DNA from: Spirochaetia bacterium | GTDB taxonomy: Bacteria > Spirochaetota > Spirochaetia > SZUA-6 > Bin103 | Length of the DNA: 64,000 nucleotides | Direction of reading: 5' to 3' | Assembly (NCBI GenBank): GCA_965198005.1 | Contig: CBDAOI010000003.1 | Coordinates: 1,156,109 to 1,220,108, forward strand | Shown: positions 61,081 through 64,000 of the stretch, piece after piece | Layout of the letters: each line of letters opens with the position of its first letter | How positions within the stretch are numbered: position 1 is the first letter of the stretch | Notes under the pieces: generated by a model | What the model was told of the DNA's origin: nothing | The model's database searches: none | Seen by the model: only the letters and a program-made list of their open reading frames with translations | Translations under genes and position numbers: made by a program

Positions 61081-62532
61081 CGGTCCAGGTCCTCAAGCAC
61101 GAGATTGGCGGTGGCGCACGCCGAGCCCAGCACGCCGGGGATGCCGGCCCCCGGGTGAGTGCCCGCTCCTACGAGATACAGGCCGGGTATCTTGGGGTCG
61201 CGGTTGTGCGCCCGGAACCAGGCGCTCTGCGTGAGCGTGGGGGCAAGCGAGAAGGCGCTGCCGTGGCGGGCGTTGAGCTCGGTGTGAAAGTGGTGCGGCG
61301 TCATCCAGCGGCGCAGCACGACGTGGGCGCGCAGGTCGGGGAGCACCCGTTCCAGCGCGCCGAGGATGCGGTCGGCGTAGCGCGGCGCGATCTCGTCCCA
61401 GGCCAGGTCGGCATTGCCCAGGTGGGGGACCGGGGCCAGCGCGTAGAAGGCGCCGCAGCCCGGTGGAGCGGCCGACCGATCGGTGACGTGCGGCGCGTGC
61501 AGATAGAGGGCGAAGTCGTCCGGCAGGCGTTGCCCGTGAAAGATTTCCGCCAGCAGCTCCCGATAGCGCGCTCCGAACGGCACCGTATGATGCACCACGT
61601 ATTCCCGGTAGTCGCGGTCGGTGCCGAAGTACAGCAGAAACAGCGACATCGACCAGCGCGCCCGTTCCAGCCGCCGCCGGCGGCGCGCGGCCGGGCGCAA
61701 CCCCCGATAGAGCGCAGCGTAGGTGTGGTGCACGTCGGCGTTCGATACCACCGCGTCGAACGGCTCGTGACGGATGGCGCCGGCCTGGTGGTAGCTGACC
61801 ACGTGCAGGCCGCGTTTTGCGGCCGGTCCCGCGTTCGGGCGGCTGCCGTTGCCGGCGGCGGCGCCGGGCGTGAGTTCGACGTGCCGCACCGGGCTGGCCA
61901 GCGCCAGGCGGCCGCCCAGCGCGGTGTACAGCGCCGCCAGCGCGTGGACCAGGGCGCCCATGCCGCCGCGCGGAAAGAACACCCCCCAGTGGCGCTCGAG
62001 GTGGTGGATAAGGGTGTAGATCGCGCTGGTCTCGAACGGGTTGCCGCCTACCAGCAGGGAATGGAAGCTCAGCGCCTGCCGCAGCCGCTCGTCCTGGACA
62101 AAGTGAGCGACCGCTCCGTAGCCGGAGCGGTCGGCCCGCAGGCGCACGAGTTGCGGCGCGACCCGCACCATGTCCCGGAACCGGAGGAAGGGCACCGTCC
62201 CCAGCTCGACGTAGCCGGCCTGAAACACCGCCGCGCTGTAGGCCGCGAACCGCCGGTAGCCGGCCGCGTCGCCGGGGCTGCGCCGGCTGATCGCCGCGGT
62301 CAGGGCCTCCCCGTCGGCGACGTAGTCGAAGCGGTCGCCGTCCGGCCACAGCAGGCGATACAGCGGGTGTACGGGGAGCAGCTCGACGTGCTCGGCGAGC
62401 CGCGTCCCGGCCGCGGCGAACAACTCCTCGAGCGCCGCCGGCGCGGTGATCACGGTCGGGCCCATGTCGAACCGAAACCCGTCCTGCTCGAACACGTACG
62501 CCCGGCCGCCGGGCCGCGCGCGCGGGCTTCAC
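61077..62532 (-). pseudogene. crtI: Phytoene desaturase lacking the GxGxxG FAD-binding motif
   Basis: PGGRAYV...FDMGPTVIT, GGNPF.TS.IY, QSAWFR.HNRD, GAGTHPGAG.PGV; GTG start at 62532 is out of frame with the body. Confidence 0.88.
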
Positions 62533-63476
62533 GCGGCTCCCCGCCACCGGCGTACCGAGAGCCCGGCCGGCGGATAACCGCGAAACAGCAGCCGGTTGAG
62601 GAACAAGCAGATCCGCGCCCGCCGGCAACGCCGGCGGCGGGCGCGGGCCACGGCCGCCGGCAACGCGGCCGGGGAGCTGGTGGCCACCAGCTCCACCAGC
62701 TCCGCCAGCTCGGCGGCCAGCGGCAGCGAATAGCCGGTGCCGGGGTGAAACCATCCGCCCCGATAGCCGCCGCGTATGATCCCGTCGTCCGGAGGTGGCG
62801 CGGCCGCGTGCAACGGCATCGGCAGCACGCCCTGCTCGCTGCGCTCGAGCGCCTGCGGATGCCAGCCGTGCGACCGCATCCAGGCCACGATCCGGCTGCG
62901 CCGGTCGTCGATATCCAGCTCGGCGGAATCGGAAAAGCTGGTGTCTTCGAGCAGGATCCGGCGCGCGCCCAGCGGCAGCACGTACATGAACCGAAAGCCG
63001 TCGTCCTGGTCGACGGTGGCGTCCATCACGATCGGGCAGGCGAGCGCATGCGGTGCGCGCAGCGTGATCTCCTCGCCGTAGAACTTCTGGTACCCGCACT
63101 CCACCGGCGGCGGCTCGGCCCCGCGCGCGTCAAGCAGCACCGCGGCCGGCAGCACCCGCCCATCGTGCAGCGTGGCACGATGCGGTGTCAGCGCCCGGAC
63201 CGGCGTCCGTTCGCACACCGTCGCGTCGCCGAGAGCGGCGCACATGTCGAGTACGGCCCGGCGCGGTGCCACGCAGCAAAGCATCGCCGCCGACAGATCG
63301 CTCTCGTAGAAGCTCCAGGTGTGGTTGCCGCCGATCCGTCCCGCCTCCAGGACGGCCAGGCGCGGGCTGCCCGGGCCGGCCGCGGGCGCTGCCCGATGCC
63401 CGTACAACGCCGCCACGATCAGGCTGCTCTGCAACCCGCCACCGCAGAGGACCAGATCGACCGGGTCCAGCAGCAT
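62529..63476 (-). pseudogene. crtY: Lycopene beta-cyclase with two apparent in-frame deletions
   Basis: GGGL, GGNHTWSF, GYQKF.G, MDATV.Q..GFRF.Y.LP, FHP.TGYSLP; only 315 aa. Confidence 0.8.
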
Positions 63477-64000
63477 CAGGGACGGCGCTCCAGAATCACC
63501 GCGAGCACCCGCCGCAGCGACTCCCGATGGTCCGCGTCCACGGCCAACGCCGCGACCCGCGCGCGCGTGCGGTGCGCGGTCTGTTCCAGGTGGCGCTGCA
63601 CCAGGCGGCGGATACCGTACCGGTCGACCGCGGCACGGATCCGGTGCACGTCGTCGGGGTGCGGATTCCCGCCCGTGCCGCCCGTGCCGCTCGCGCCGTC
63701 GCGGCGGTGGCCGAACAATTGGCGGAGCCGTTCCCACTCGGCGGCGGGAACGTGCCGCTCCAGCAGCGCGTAGATCAGGGTGTGGCGTCCTTCGCGGATG
63801 TCGCCCGCCACGGGTTTGCCGAGTTGCGCGGGGTCTCCGTACAGATCGAGCTCGTCGTCGATGATCTGGAAGATGGTTCCCAGGTCGCGGCCGATCGCGT
63901 CCAGCTCCGCCACGGTCTCGGTCGGCACTCCGCCCAGCGCGGCGCCGACGGTAAGCGGGAGCGCACAGGAGTAGCGCGCCGTTGGTCCTGATCCTGACCG
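63476..64000 (-). CDS. crtE: Polyprenyl (GGPP) synthase, 3' part (cut by window edge, possibly disrupted)
   Basis: TARYS, FQIIDDELD, GKP..GDIREG. Confidence 0.8.
   Translation of the reverse strand, partial: RSGSGPTARYSCALPLTVGAALGGVPTETVAELDAIGRDLGTIFQIIDDELDLYGDPAQLGKPVAGDIREGRHTLIYALLERHVPAAEWERLRQLFGHRRDGASGTGGTGGNPHPDDVHRIRAAVDRYGIRRLVQRHLEQTAHRTRARVAALAVDADHRESLRRVLAVILERRP

Overview
This is a high-GC bacterial chromosomal window, probably from a spirochaete (inferred from the ftsY-hypothetical-lolC/E-lolD-lolC/E gene order). Positions 1-37.5 kb are mostly housekeeping and metabolic genes: ftsY 3' end, a Lol ABC transporter, clpC, a TPR protein, efp/epmA, a TPP enzyme, oppD/F, a Gld-like ABC module, a HEPN/MNT toxin-antitoxin pair, and thiI with a cysteine desulfurase. 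Positions 37.6-53.9 kb form a defence island. It holds a NucS-like nuclease, a collapsed relic of a second hsdR, a truncated Rpn-like nuclease with heptad repeats, a 1185-aa lower-GC helical-repeat/REase-like protein, and a type I R-M operon. In that operon a Septu-type PtuA ATPase and PtuB HNH pair is translationally coupled between hsdS and hsdR, and HsdR carries a C-terminal LexA/S24-like peptidase domain. This operon is the best candidate for an undescribed system. Positions 54-64 kb hold a DUF3500 pseudogene, an MtfA peptidase, HMG-CoA synthase and an isorenieratene-type carotenoid cluster that is decaying by internal deletions and frameshifts. No rRNA, tRNA, CRISPR array, integrase or reverse transcriptase was recognised. 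All family calls are from motif recognition by eye; no searches were run.
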